DNA of 60,193 nucleotides from a virus (Duplodnaviria; Caudoviricetes), in the IMG/VR virus record IMGVR_UViG_3300030104_006323, positions 1-60,193 of that record; one strand, given 5' to 3'. Shown one piece after another: positions 47,502 through 56,430 of the stretch. The number at the start of each line of letters is the position of its first letter. Within the stretch, counting starts at the first letter, position 1. Below the pieces are notes generated by a model. That model saw only the letters and a list, made by a program, of their open reading frames with translations, was not told the origin of the DNA and did no database searches. The translations under genes were made by a program, and so were the position numbers.

Positions 47502-47709
47502 GCGCTTTAAGTTCTTCAATTCTATATTCTTGTAATTTAGAAATTTTCCCATTTGCTTTTTTAACTTCTATGAACTCAACATCAGAGTTATTAGGTATGG
47601 CTATTAGATCAGGTATACCATTTTTATTGGTAAGTTTTAATTTAATAACATAATATCCCATCGCCTCATACTGCTTAATTAATTTGGCTTGTATCTGCTG
47701 TTCCGTCAT
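47467..47709 (-). CDS. VRR-NUC domain nuclease
   Basis: EQQIQ...GIPDL...FIEVK...LQ, a PD-(D/E)XK pattern. Confidence 0.85.
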   Translation of the reverse strand: MTEQQIQAKLIKQYEAMGYYVIKLKLTNKNGIPDLIAIPNNSDVEFIEVKKANGKISKLQEYRIEELKAHGVKVTVHKGV

Positions 47710-48946
47710 CGTTTAAAGTTACTAAATCTTTCTTGAAATGACTCAGCGTATAATCTTTCTTCTTAACAACAGCTTTGTAAATTTGTTTTTCTATACCAGT
47801 TTTAGAAAAAATCCAATATATTTTATTATACAACCTATCTTTGGTTGTCATTCTATCTCTTGACTGCCAGTAACTTGTAGCGCTGAAATCAATATTATAA
47901 TACACCAAGGCTTCTGCTTTTCGTAAGCTGATTCCTTCTCTTCCGCTTACAATTTGTAGAGCAATAGACTTATTAGTGGTATTAAATTCTTCTAAAGTTT
48001 CACAAAGAGAATTACCAAATTCATCTTTCAAGGCTTGGAGTTCTGCTTTAAACTTATAAAAGATAGCTATCTTTTTACCTGCAAATTTTTTCATTATGTA
48101 TGTAGCTTTTTTATGACACAACACCATGCTGTTACCACTTTCAAACTTAATGGTTCCTGAACTCATTTGGTGACTTTTAATCATCAGCTTGACAGGAGTG
48201 TCAGCAAGTATAACTTCAGAGTCTCCTTTGATTACACGATCTTTTGATAAGCGCTTCATTAAATCAGTTACACCACCACAGATATCAACAAACAAAATCT
48301 GTTCATTGGTTTGAACTTTAAAACCCGCTTGGTTTTGAGTAAAGGATATGGTATACTTTTTCATGGCTTTAAGTATGTCCTCCCTACCGTGTGACCAGTC
48401 ATTGTGAGGTATTCCATTTATTATTTTTTTCTTGACATCCACATAGTTTCTTGCAAACTGATAAAAGTTTTTACAATATTCAAAAGGATTATTATAGATC
48501 CCACACACCTGGTGATACATCTGACTGTAAGATTCAGGCGTAGGTGTCCCAGATAAAAGCAAAACTCTTGGGTGATGTATATCAATTAACCTTTTAATTT
48601 GTTTACTTCTTTTGTTTTGTTTTGGGAAAGCTCCTATGGTATGAGCTTCATCAATAATTAAAAAATCATAGATTGTCTCATGAGACACTTTGTGTAGTGA
48701 CTCATAGTTAATAACCAATAACTTAAAGTTACCCTGAAGCTTTTGCATGTCATCCTCAATACTGGATATAGCTTTCTTCTTTGTAACAAACAAAACATTA
48801 GTAGCTTTTAATCTTTGACAGATGCTAAGACTGGTAAGGGTTTTACCAGTCCTAACTTCCATTGCTAAATAGCAAAAACCATAGCGTGTTACAAGGTCAG
48901 AACCCTGTGTTACAATCTGTTTTTGATATGGTCTAAGTTTTATCAT
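47675..48946 (-). CDS. SF2 (SNF2-like) helicase
   Basis: LRPYQ, EVRTGKT, IIDEAH, LSGTP, QSRDR motifs. Confidence 0.88.
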   Translation of the reverse strand: MIKLRPYQKQIVTQGSDLVTRYGFCYLAMEVRTGKTLTSLSICQRLKATNVLFVTKKKAISSIEDDMQKLQGNFKLLVINYESLHKVSHETIYDFLIIDEAHTIGAFPKQNKRSKQIKRLIDIHHPRVLLLSGTPTPESYSQMYHQVCGIYNNPFEYCKNFYQFARNYVDVKKKIINGIPHNDWSHGREDILKAMKKYTISFTQNQAGFKVQTNEQILFVDICGGVTDLMKRLSKDRVIKGDSEVILADTPVKLMIKSHQMSSGTIKFESGNSMVLCHKKATYIMKKFAGKKIAIFYKFKAELQALKDEFGNSLCETLEEFNTTNKSIALQIVSGREGISLRKAEALVYYNIDFSATSYWQSRDRMTTKDRLYNKIYWIFSKTGIEKQIYKAVVKKKDYTLSHFKKDLVTLNDDGTADTSQIN

Positions 48947-51351
48947 CAGAATGGAAAGTCTTGTTGTTCATCGAGCTCAGATTTATGTCTGAATCTTATC
49001 CACCTGGCTTGCATATCCCTTCCTTCTTCTGGTGGACAACCATAATGAAATAAAGAAAAAGCAACAAGCCATTTAGAAAACCTAACTCTGGATACACTCA
49101 TCTTAGATTTAGGGGCAAAGTCTGGGTTATCTTCCACAAAATCCTGATACAATTCATTCTTCGGCACCTTACCTTCTGGTTTTAATTTATCATGTATAGG
49201 ATTATCTCCTATAACTCCACACCATTCTATAAACTCATGACAAGTTTCAGCTGATAGCTTTCTAATTTTTAAATTGACAAACTCACTCTTCATTAATCCT
49301 TTTTCTAAATACAACTGCAAGCATTGTATCATGTAGTTGTCAAACTGACACCACTCTTCATCATTCCAATCTCCAAACATAAGTTTACCAAATTCTTCTA
49401 ATGGAGTGTAATCTTTATTATAGTGATGAGCCAACTCAAGTTCCCACTTTCTTCTTTCAAACGATGTACCTTTACCTTTAATTGCATAGTTAGTTGTGAT
49501 AGATATCTTAGGAGATTTAGCAAAAGGTATTTTAATCGCGTCTTTGTTTTTCTTTTCAAGAGTCAATCCTTCTGTTACGACAGAAAATAATCTTTCAAAG
49601 TCAAAGTGTTTCTTTACATCATCAAAGCAAAGTATCTGAGTATCAGCACTAACTAATTGGTAGGCAAATGATCTTTCAAAATTAAAAGACTTACCATCAA
49701 TAACAACAACCTTCTTCATATGGCTTAAACCATTAACCCACAAACCTTTACCACTTCCTCCTTCAGGGTTGTCTGATATCATTTCATCATTCAATATAAC
49801 TGCGGGACAGTAAGCTAAATTTTTCCAACCATGCAACATGTAGCCAATAGTGGATCTCATACTGTTTGTTCTTTCATCTGAATTACCACAAATGTTTTGT
49901 ATAAATTTTTGGTAATCACAATTAATACTTTGACACAATGCAAAGTCTCTATCTATCACATGATCCTTCCAAACATAACCACCTAAATCTAAATAATCTA
50001 TTTGTTTTATATTATTAAATGTAATTTCAACTGCGCAGTTTCGGTAATATAAATATGATGTGGTTTTTTTATCTTCGATAAAGTAAACATCTATTGAAGA
50101 CAACAAGGTTAAAAACTCTTCACGAAAATAGCGAGTATGTTCTGCAAAATAATTATATACCGCAAAATCATCTAACTCTAATAAGTAATTTAGTATATAA
50201 TCTTTAATTTCTTTTTCAGATGTATGATCAATTAAGTTGTTTGTAACTTTTACAAATACATAATTTTTGCTACCCTCTGGACAGAACTTATAAAAACCAT
50301 TCTCTTCTAAAAAGTTTTTAAAAGATACATGAACAATTTTTATTACACCTTTTTCATTCTTTGTCCAGAATTGGTGATTGCTTTGTTCTTCTTCTAATCT
50401 ATTGATAACATTTTCTACCAAGTTAGGCTCAAGATCAGTAAGCTGTGTTCGTAATTCTTTTTTAGAAACACCTCTTTTTAATTTATGTTTGATCATGTTT
50501 ACCTTTTCATCATCTTCATAATACTTGGTGCCAAAATTTTGTACTTGTGCATAAGCAGAATCTATGGTTCTTTTTATTTCACTTTTCTTAAATGTTGATG
50601 TTTCAAATCCATTAAGGACATACTCGGCTAAAGTTTTAGTAACTCCATAATCATTGAAAGCTGAAGCTAAAACATAAGCATTGTTATTTCTTTGACCCTC
50701 AATCATTGGGTATTTTTTTTGCCACCACTTAACAAGAATCTCTACAATTTTATTCTCATCTGTTATAGGAATGGTTTGAAGATCAACATTCTTAATAACC
50801 TCATTATACTCTTTTTCTTCTTGTCTATCCCATACACTTGCATTTTCGTTTATATGTATAAGTGGATCATAACTTTCGTAGCAAACCCTGGATACATTTT
50901 TACAAGTCTTGTCAAATTGTGGAGATTTAAAATGCTTTTCTAAACTATTAAAGTAGCTTACATGATTGTCAGGAAGAGGAGGTATTTTAACTATTGCTTT
51001 TAAACCTTTACCTGATGGAGATATAAATACTGAATAAACATATTTGTTTTTAGACAGTCTTTCTTTTTCTTGTAACAAATCTCTTTGTGTATCGTAGCCA
51101 TCGAAATCTAAACAGATTAGACCACTGTGTTGGCTTAGAGATTTATCGTTTCTTTTTGTAAACTTACCACTAAAACATATAGCTGGAAGCTTTTGTTTGA
51201 GTGAGTTAATTTTTTCTTTATCTTTTTCTTCTCTTATTTTTTTTACTAAATCCTTGGAAGCTCCATCTTTTATTCTTTCCAGAATAACCAAAGCGCTACG
51301 GTAAAAAGGCTGTGATGTTACTTTTATATCTTTAAATATTGTTATTTCCAT
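48946..51351 (-). CDS. primase-helicase (BT4734/VirE-N-like, PriCT, P-loop helicase)
   Basis: KQKLP...SG.F...CLDFD, FISPSGKGLK, EGQRNN, GGSGKG, FDD, ITTN. Confidence 0.85.
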   Translation of the reverse strand: MEITIFKDIKVTSQPFYRSALVILERIKDGASKDLVKKIREEKDKEKINSLKQKLPAICFSGKFTKRNDKSLSQHSGLICLDFDGYDTQRDLLQEKERLSKNKYVYSVFISPSGKGLKAIVKIPPLPDNHVSYFNSLEKHFKSPQFDKTCKNVSRVCYESYDPLIHINENASVWDRQEEKEYNEVIKNVDLQTIPITDENKIVEILVKWWQKKYPMIEGQRNNNAYVLASAFNDYGVTKTLAEYVLNGFETSTFKKSEIKRTIDSAYAQVQNFGTKYYEDDEKVNMIKHKLKRGVSKKELRTQLTDLEPNLVENVINRLEEEQSNHQFWTKNEKGVIKIVHVSFKNFLEENGFYKFCPEGSKNYVFVKVTNNLIDHTSEKEIKDYILNYLLELDDFAVYNYFAEHTRYFREEFLTLLSSIDVYFIEDKKTTSYLYYRNCAVEITFNNIKQIDYLDLGGYVWKDHVIDRDFALCQSINCDYQKFIQNICGNSDERTNSMRSTIGYMLHGWKNLAYCPAVILNDEMISDNPEGGSGKGLWVNGLSHMKKVVVIDGKSFNFERSFAYQLVSADTQILCFDDVKKHFDFERLFSVVTEGLTLEKKNKDAIKIPFAKSPKISITTNYAIKGKGTSFERRKWELELAHHYNKDYTPLEEFGKLMFGDWNDEEWCQFDNYMIQCLQLYLEKGLMKSEFVNLKIRKLSAETCHEFIEWCGVIGDNPIHDKLKPEGKVPKNELYQDFVEDNPDFAPKSKMSVSRVRFSKWLVAFSLFHYGCPPEEGRDMQARWIRFRHKSELDEQQDFPF

Positions 51352-51367
51352 TAGATTATATTCTGTT

Positions 51368-51474
51368 TTTTATGACGAGAATGACAAAGTAAAGTAATAA
51401 TATAGATATAGATAAATATAAAATCAAAATTATTGTGTCAGTCTATTAATTGTATTTGAGTTTGTCATAGTCAG
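51368..51474. repeat. second ATGAC/GTCA repeat element with an AT-rich core
   Basis: ATGAC at 51372 and 51381; GTCA at 51437, 51464 and 51470; shares TTTTATGACGA and AGTTTGTCAT with 41-152. Confidence 0.7.
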
Positions 51475-51476
51475 CA

Positions 51477-51513
51477 TAAAAGAGGGGCAGGAGTCAACCA
51501 CGAAACCGCCCCT
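51477..51513 (-). terminator. probable intrinsic terminator after ssb
   Basis: - strand AGGGGCGG-N15-CTGCCCCT-CTTTT. Confidence 0.55.
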
Positions 51514-51543
51514 AAATTATGCACACCTTTCGGCTTCCAAAAT

Positions 51544-51831
51544 CTAAAAAGGAATATCGTCAACAGGACTCTCCTCTTTTGTTTGAGGTTCAGGAACAAA
51601 TGTATTTACTTGCACCGAATGAGTTTTCCCATATTCGTCTGTCTCCCTTTTCTTCTGCACCTTTATGGGTGCCCATGTTTCCATGATACCAGTCTTATTG
51701 TTTTTAATTTGCTTTCTAAACTCCTGAGGAATACGAGAAAGACAAACAAAAGCTTCGACTAAATTACCATCAAACTTCTCTACACCATTACCAATGTAGA
51801 TTGGATCTGAGTTTTTTGAATTATCATTCAT
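51544..51831 (-). CDS. putative single-stranded DNA-binding protein
   Basis: acidic tail VDDIPF; DEYGKTH; next to exonuclease and annealase genes. Confidence 0.65.
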   Translation of the reverse strand: MNDNSKNSDPIYIGNGVEKFDGNLVEAFVCLSRIPQEFRKQIKNNKTGIMETWAPIKVQKKRETDEYGKTHSVQVNTFVPEPQTKEESPVDDIPF

Positions 51832-52093
51832 TGTTTAACAATTTAATATTACGCTCCAAAATATTAACAGCATTTAGAATGGTTTTATCCCTTTCCTCTT
51901 TGCTCATATAGATAGTTGGAACTTCTATCCATAATTTTTTATCATCTAATTTAAGTTTTCTTTTAAATAAATTAAAGAACTTCCGTAAAGATGTAATCAC
52001 TAATGTCATGAGTTGCATGATCACTGAAAAATTTTTCATATATTTTAATTGCTTGTTTAACTTTAGTTTCACCAGAAAAAATAAACTCTTCAC
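51824..52093 (-). CDS. hypothetical protein (true start probably downstream)
   Basis: ORF track; the 5' part overlaps the exonuclease gene. Confidence 0.45.
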   Translation of the reverse strand: MKSLFFLVKLKLNKQLKYMKNFSVIMQLMTLVITSLRKFFNLFKRKLKLDDKKLWIEVPTIYMSKEERDKTILNAVNILERNIKLLNNE

Positions 52094-52769
52094 TGCATGG
52101 TGAAAATTTTATTGTTCCTAATTTTTTATCTATTGCTATAAACAACATAGGTTTATCAAATAATTCTTGATATATATATGCTTGACTATCATAGCAATAA
52201 GTCATACTTGAATGGCGAAATTTAGATATGTCGCTACTTGTTTTAAGATCAACAACAGCTCCATGAGGATAATGCCATTCTTGTATATTACCTTCTCTAT
52301 CTTCTACAAGAACAGTAAAAGGATTATCTACAAGGACATCACATTTGCCTTTAAACATTTGTCCATGTATTTCTTTTATGTTTGGAATTTCATATTCAGC
52401 TCCAGTAATAATTTCAAATACAGAAATATTGGTTATTAATGTTTCAACTAAATGATCCATTCTTTCTTTTTCTTTTTGCAACATTACATCATAAGTTTCA
52501 ATGTCATGTTCCATGAGATAAGACTTATAAGCATTTGTGTTTCGAGAAGAAGAATTAAATACAGGTATAGTACCTATCTTTTCTGGCTCCAATATCTTTG
52601 TATGAAAGTATCTACCCTCAAGTAATGGAAGAGTTTTAATAGTTTGATTAAATTTAGTTGGTTCATAAAGCAACTGCCTTATATTAGAAGCAGATAAAAA
52701 CTGCTTACCAAACTTACCATAATACTCTGAATCATCTTGAAGCTTTTCAATTATCTTCTCCCTATCCAT
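51972..52769 (-). CDS. PD-(D/E)XK exonuclease (RecE/ExoVIII, DUF3799-like)
   Basis: LSASNI, GRYFHTKILEP, KGKCD, VDLKT, YDSQAYIY. Confidence 0.8.
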   Translation of the reverse strand: MDREKIIEKLQDDSEYYGKFGKQFLSASNIRQLLYEPTKFNQTIKTLPLLEGRYFHTKILEPEKIGTIPVFNSSSRNTNAYKSYLMEHDIETYDVMLQKEKERMDHLVETLITNISVFEIITGAEYEIPNIKEIHGQMFKGKCDVLVDNPFTVLVEDREGNIQEWHYPHGAVVDLKTSSDISKFRHSSMTYCYDSQAYIYQELFDKPMLFIAIDKKLGTIKFSPCSEEFIFSGETKVKQAIKIYEKFFSDHATHDISDYIFTEVL

Positions 52770-53343
52770 TGATCGCTTTTTTAACTTTGGTTTTAACAGA
52801 TGGAGTTATGTTATATTTAGTTGCGAGTTTATTAATGATCCACTCTAACCCTTTGTCTTTGTTCTTAGCCACATATAACATTATTTTATCCCAGTTATCT
52901 GATTTGATATCCAGAGTTACATGTTTTTGTACCGCTTTAACATTGTCGTTTTTATTTAAACGAGCTGTATCCTCTCCAATCCAAAGAGATAAACCTAATC
53001 CGTGCATAGCTATTGCCTTTGCTGTTGCTCTTTGTATAGCATTGTTTACATCAAAAGATGTAAGCTTAGTAAGAGGAATAGATCTATTTGAGTTATCAAG
53101 AACAGGCAGATAATCTATGTGTTCCACATCATTTATCACTATACCTACTTTTACATTAGCAAACTTTCCATCTGTAAAGTAAGGCATACCTACTTCATTT
53201 TCATATACTATTCTGTTTGCTGTTGGGTACTCTTGCTTTACATAATGCCAAGCCCAAGCCCAAGAAAGATAATCGAATCTTCCCTTTTTTTCTACTTTAT
53301 CTTTTACAGATATACTGCTTAATTTGTTATATACATTTTCCAT
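52762..53343 (-). CDS. Sak3-like single-strand annealing protein (DUF1071-like)
   Basis: EKKGRFDYLSWAWAW, LPVLD, NNAIQRATAKAIAMHGLGLSLWIGED. Confidence 0.85.
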   Translation of the reverse strand: MENVYNKLSSISVKDKVEKKGRFDYLSWAWAWHYVKQEYPTANRIVYENEVGMPYFTDGKFANVKVGIVINDVEHIDYLPVLDNSNRSIPLTKLTSFDVNNAIQRATAKAIAMHGLGLSLWIGEDTARLNKNDNVKAVQKHVTLDIKSDNWDKIMLYVAKNKDKGLEWIINKLATKYNITPSVKTKVKKAING

Positions 53344-53344
53344 A

Positions 53345-53734
53345 TTATAAATTATTAAATTCTGTTTTTAAATTTGTGTATTTGTTGAGTAAGTTTTCTC
53401 TTCTCGTTTTTAAATTTTGAATGTGCTTATCATTCTTTCTGGTGTTTAATTCAGTTTTAATTTTATTTTCTATTATGTTAAGCTTATGTAAGCAATTCCC
53501 CATACTGACTTGCATACACCCTTTTTTCCAACCAGAAGATAAAAAAAATTCATACTCTTCTGGAGTACATTCTTTAAAATAATCCCCACCTTTACCCATA
53601 TTTAATATCTGTACCTCCTCAAATTGCTGAATTTTTACACCTCTACCAATAACAGACACACCCTTAGGTAATATACTTTTAATACTTTTGGGATCCTCTA
53701 AAGCTTGTTTCATAATATCAGCTCTTGTGAACAT
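53345..53734 (-). CDS. hypothetical protein with a C-terminal coiled coil
   Basis: ORF track; tight packing. Confidence 0.7.
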   Translation of the reverse strand: MFTRADIMKQALEDPKSIKSILPKGVSVIGRGVKIQQFEEVQILNMGKGGDYFKECTPEEYEFFLSSGWKKGCMQVSMGNCLHKLNIIENKIKTELNTRKNDKHIQNLKTRRENLLNKYTNLKTEFNNL

Positions 53735-53735
53735 T

Positions 53736-54047
53736 CTATACTTTTAAATTTTGTAATTCGATTGTGTTTACAATAGCTTTATAATCTTCATCTTGCTCTA
53801 CCATAAGTTTCGCTTTTTTATATCCATGTATTATAGTAGAGTGGTTTAGATCGCAACCATGTGAAGCCATGAATCTTTGAATATAAGAAACTCTAATAGG
53901 TCTTTCCATACACAAATAGTAAAGCATTTGTCTGGCATCTACCAAATCTCTTCTTTTGTTTTTGTTAAACATCTCATCTAAATTTAGATGAAATTGTTTT
54001 GCTACTGCATTGGCGTAGCTGTCAAATATATTTTTATTATAACTCAT
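53736..54047 (-). CDS. DnaA domain IV-like HTH protein
   Basis: VAKQFHLNLDEMF...RRDLVDARQMLYYL...NHSTIIHG. Confidence 0.75.
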   Translation of the reverse strand: MSYNKNIFDSYANAVAKQFHLNLDEMFNKNKRRDLVDARQMLYYLCMERPIRVSYIQRFMASHGCDLNHSTIIHGYKKAKLMVEQDEDYKAIVNTIELQNLKV

Positions 54048-54397
54048 TATTTAAACTCTTTTAATTTTTCTTGCTTACTTTTAATTAACTTTTCTTTAAT
54101 AATATTTTCTTCTTTACGAATTTGCACAAGTAGAAGAATTAAATATCCTGTAATATCCCTAACAGTATCAACCCCACTTTCATCTTTCATTGGATCGCTA
54201 CCTATATGCTGAATAGATAATTTTTTTATTCTACTTAACTTGTCATCAATTCGCGCAAGTAAACCTTCCTTTGCAGAAAGTTTACTAAAAATTTGAGGGG
54301 GGTTATTAGCGGTGTCTCCATACGCTTTATTTTTTTCAATAAGTAGCATAACTACTTCTCGACCTACCTCTTTAATTAATTCTTGTGTTGTTTTCAT
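54047..54397 (-). CDS. nucleotide-modification-associated domain protein (DUF1599/Nmad1-like)
   Basis: KNKAYGD...RIDDKLSRI...DTVRDITGYLIL. Confidence 0.75.
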   Translation of the reverse strand: MKTTQELIKEVGREVVMLLIEKNKAYGDTANNPPQIFSKLSAKEGLLARIDDKLSRIKKLSIQHIGSDPMKDESGVDTVRDITGYLILLLVQIRKEENIIKEKLIKSKQEKLKEFK

Positions 54398-54534
54398 ATT
54401 GTAAATACTTTATATATTAAGCAGACAAAAACAAAGATCATTAAAAAACTTATCATGATCTCCATAAACTTATAGGTGTTTTCAACTTTATGTTGAGGTC
54501 TGCCTTGTCTATATTTTTTATCTTCCTCTGTCAT
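54394..54534 (-). CDS. 46-aa membrane peptide (MTEEDKKYRQGRPQHKVENTYKF + TM)
   Basis: hand translation; ATGA overlaps at both ends. Confidence 0.65.
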   Translation of the reverse strand: MTEEDKKYRQGRPQHKVENTYKFMEIMISFLMIFVFVCLIYKVFTI

Positions 54535-54683
54535 TGAACTGCAATACCTGAAGAATTAAATATAACACCATGCTCTGCTGAGTTTACCCATTGTCGAGCT
54601 TCATCAATAGATTTGGTTTCCCTTACTTCATCTGGCTGTTCTCCGCCATAAAATAATTCTACTCTATATGTTGTTTCTTTCAT
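54531..54683 (-). CDS. 50-aa hypothetical protein (MKETTYRVELFYGG...)
   Basis: hand translation; A-rich leader. Confidence 0.65.
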   Translation of the reverse strand: MKETTYRVELFYGGEQPDEVRETKSIDEARQWVNSAEHGVIFNSSGIAVQ

Positions 54684-54694
54684 AATTTTATTTT

Positions 54695-54764
54695 AAAAAA
54701 GGTGGCTGATTATATCCTGTGCTATTATCATTTAGGGAATATTTATAGGACTATCCCCACCACC
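54695..54764 (-). ncRNA. candidate structured cis RNA (possible pseudoknot)
   Basis: outer GGUGG/CCACC followed by U6; inner GGGGAUA/UAUUCCC; loop GUCCU can pair with downstream AGGAU. Confidence 0.35.
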
Positions 54765-54780
54765 TGTTAACATAAACTAA

Positions 54781-54996
54781 CTATATGAATAACGGAGCCT
54801 CCTCTTCAGAATCTCCACTCTGAATCGGTTTGTTGTTAGGCTCACTATCTTTAATATTTTTACCCCACGGAATAGGAGGAAGCTCTGGTCTTAGCTTCTC
54901 TTTTTTATCCTTTTCATTTACACTTAAAGGAAACAAAGAATCCAGAAACTTATCGAAAACTTTGTCTTGATATTGTAGTAATTTGTTGTATTTCAT
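54781..54996 (-). CDS. hypothetical early protein
   Basis: ORF track. Confidence 0.55.
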   Translation of the reverse strand: MKYNKLLQYQDKVFDKFLDSLFPLSVNEKDKKEKLRPELPPIPWGKNIKDSEPNNKPIQSGDSEEEAPLFI

Positions 54997-55026
54997 TTGA
55001 CTTAATTTAATTTAATTATACCAAAA

Positions 55027-55191
55027 TTAATCTTTTTGTCGCAATTTTGCAAACAAACTGACAAATTTATACGCCTCATGGCTAAATAAATATTTTTTCT
55101 CGGTAGGATTATAGTAAGAATAATTTTTATCCTCTACTTTTACAACCTTGTTGCCAGTAGCTTTAGATCTAAATTCAAATTCGTATTCCAT
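55027..55191 (-). CDS. hypothetical early protein (start MEYEFEF)
   Basis: 3' part of track ORF 55027..55320; start moved to avoid overlapping the upstream gene. Confidence 0.55.
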   Translation of the reverse strand: MEYEFEFRSKATGNKVVKVEDKNYSYYNPTEKKYLFSHEAYKFVSLFAKLRQKD

Positions 55192-55192
55192 A

Positions 55193-55498
55193 TTATTTAT
55201 CTTTTGAGATTTCATATTCAAAATTAGAATCATCATTACATTCATGACATGGAGTAGTATATGCCATATCGCAGTAATAATCTGAATGCCATATCTCTCC
55301 CTCTCCACCACAAGTTTCACATGGCTTTACATATTCAATTAATTTTTGACAAGTTTCGTTTCTGAAGAAAAGATCATCTTCTTCATCTATGTATATTACA
55401 TCTCCAGTATCTCCATTGAGAGCCATGTCTCCTACTTTTATTTCTCCCTCAGAAATAATATATTCGTTGCCAAAACCATCTTCATAAATTTCACTCAT
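55193..55498 (-). CDS. hypothetical protein with a DnaJ-type zinc finger
   Basis: CETCGGEG ... CHEC. Confidence 0.7.
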   Translation of the reverse strand: MSEIYEDGFGNEYIISEGEIKVGDMALNGDTGDVIYIDEEDDLFFRNETCQKLIEYVKPCETCGGEGEIWHSDYYCDMAYTTPCHECNDDSNFEYEISKDK

Positions 55499-55701
55499 TA
55501 CATTCTTAATTTTATTTGTGAATAAACAATATTAGTTAATCGTTCAGCATCATGAACATCAATGTCATGACCAAATTCATCATAAACATATTGCATCAAG
55601 TCTAAGTTATCTATAATAGTATCAGCGCAGTTAATTACTTTGTCTCTGCAGTTTTCTATTACTTTTGTTTTATTCTCGTGTGTATTTAATTTTACTTTCA
55701 T
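55498..55701 (-). CDS. hypothetical early protein
   Basis: ORF track; TAATG coupling. Confidence 0.65.
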   Translation of the reverse strand: MKVKLNTHENKTKVIENCRDKVINCADTIIDNLDLMQYVYDEFGHDIDVHDAERLTNIVYSQIKLRM

Positions 55702-55962
55702 AATTCTTCTATTTCATTTTATTTTATTTTAAATTAATTTTCTATGTCGTATAAATTTATATGGGCAAACTCTTTAGCAAACTCCTCATAAGTCATTGTT
55801 TGCTTTTTAGAATTTTCTTTATCTGTCAACATTGCCACAACACGATTTGAATAAAACAAAATCATGGTTTGGCAGTCTTGTAGATCTGTTTTCCTATCCC
55901 ATTCATAATAACAATAGGCAGTAAATAAGTATTTGTCTTTCATAATTCTTCTATTTCATTTT
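55695..55962. repeat. 26-bp exact direct repeat flanking one gene
   Basis: CTTTCATAATTCTTCTATTTCATTTT at 55695-55720 and 55937-55962. Confidence 0.85.
55734..55943 (-). CDS. hypothetical early protein
   Basis: ORF track; lies between the direct repeats. Confidence 0.65.
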   Translation of the reverse strand: MKDKYLFTAYCYYEWDRKTDLQDCQTMILFYSNRVVAMLTDKENSKKQTMTYEEFAKEFAHINLYDIEN

Positions 55963-56104
55963 GTACTTCATCAATCTTATCTAAGATTGGCTGAATTAAA
56001 TTAATTGTTTCATGGTCGTCATCACTTCTTACCAAACTCATTACTCTACTATAAGCTTCATCTAAAATGCTTATTGCTTGTTTTATTTCTTGTGTTTTAC
56101 TCAT
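55940..56104 (-). CDS. 54-aa helical protein (MSKTQEIKQAISILDEAY...)
   Basis: hand translation; ATGA overlaps at both ends. Confidence 0.65.
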   Translation of the reverse strand: MSKTQEIKQAISILDEAYSRVMSLVRSDDDHETINLIQPILDKIDEVQNEIEEL

Positions 56105-56421
56105 AATTGATAAAATAATCTTGTTTCTCTTTGATGATCAAACGCTATTGCCTGTGCCTCTAACCTATCTTCAGGACTAACACAAACAAATTTTCTGTGC
56201 ATAAATACATTGGAGGAATTACCCCAAGTTGTTCTGTATTTAATTTTTTCTTTCCTTAATTTTTTAATGAAAGATTTTATTTCAGCTTCTGCAACATCAG
56301 ATGGACAAGGAGAATCCTCAGTCATGCCTGTATAATTGCAACCAGCAATCGCATTGATTGGCTCAAGATAACCTCTCCAGCCATCAATTCTTATGTATTT
56401 AGTTTTAGTGGTATTTATCAT
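56101..56421 (-). CDS. hypothetical early protein
   Basis: ORF track; DGWRGY and SSNVF motifs. Confidence 0.7.
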   Translation of the reverse strand: MINTTKTKYIRIDGWRGYLEPINAIAGCNYTGMTEDSPCPSDVAEAEIKSFIKKLRKEKIKYRTTWGNSSNVFMHRKFVCVSPEDRLEAQAIAFDHQRETRLFYQL

Positions 56422-56430
56422 TCTTTTGAT

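Noticed and set aside
51514-51543. GNRA-capped mini hairpin (GCC-GAAA-GGU) after ssb as a ribozyme or tRNA fragment
   Set aside because: No CUGAUGA core or cloverleaf nearby, and the stem is too short to support a call
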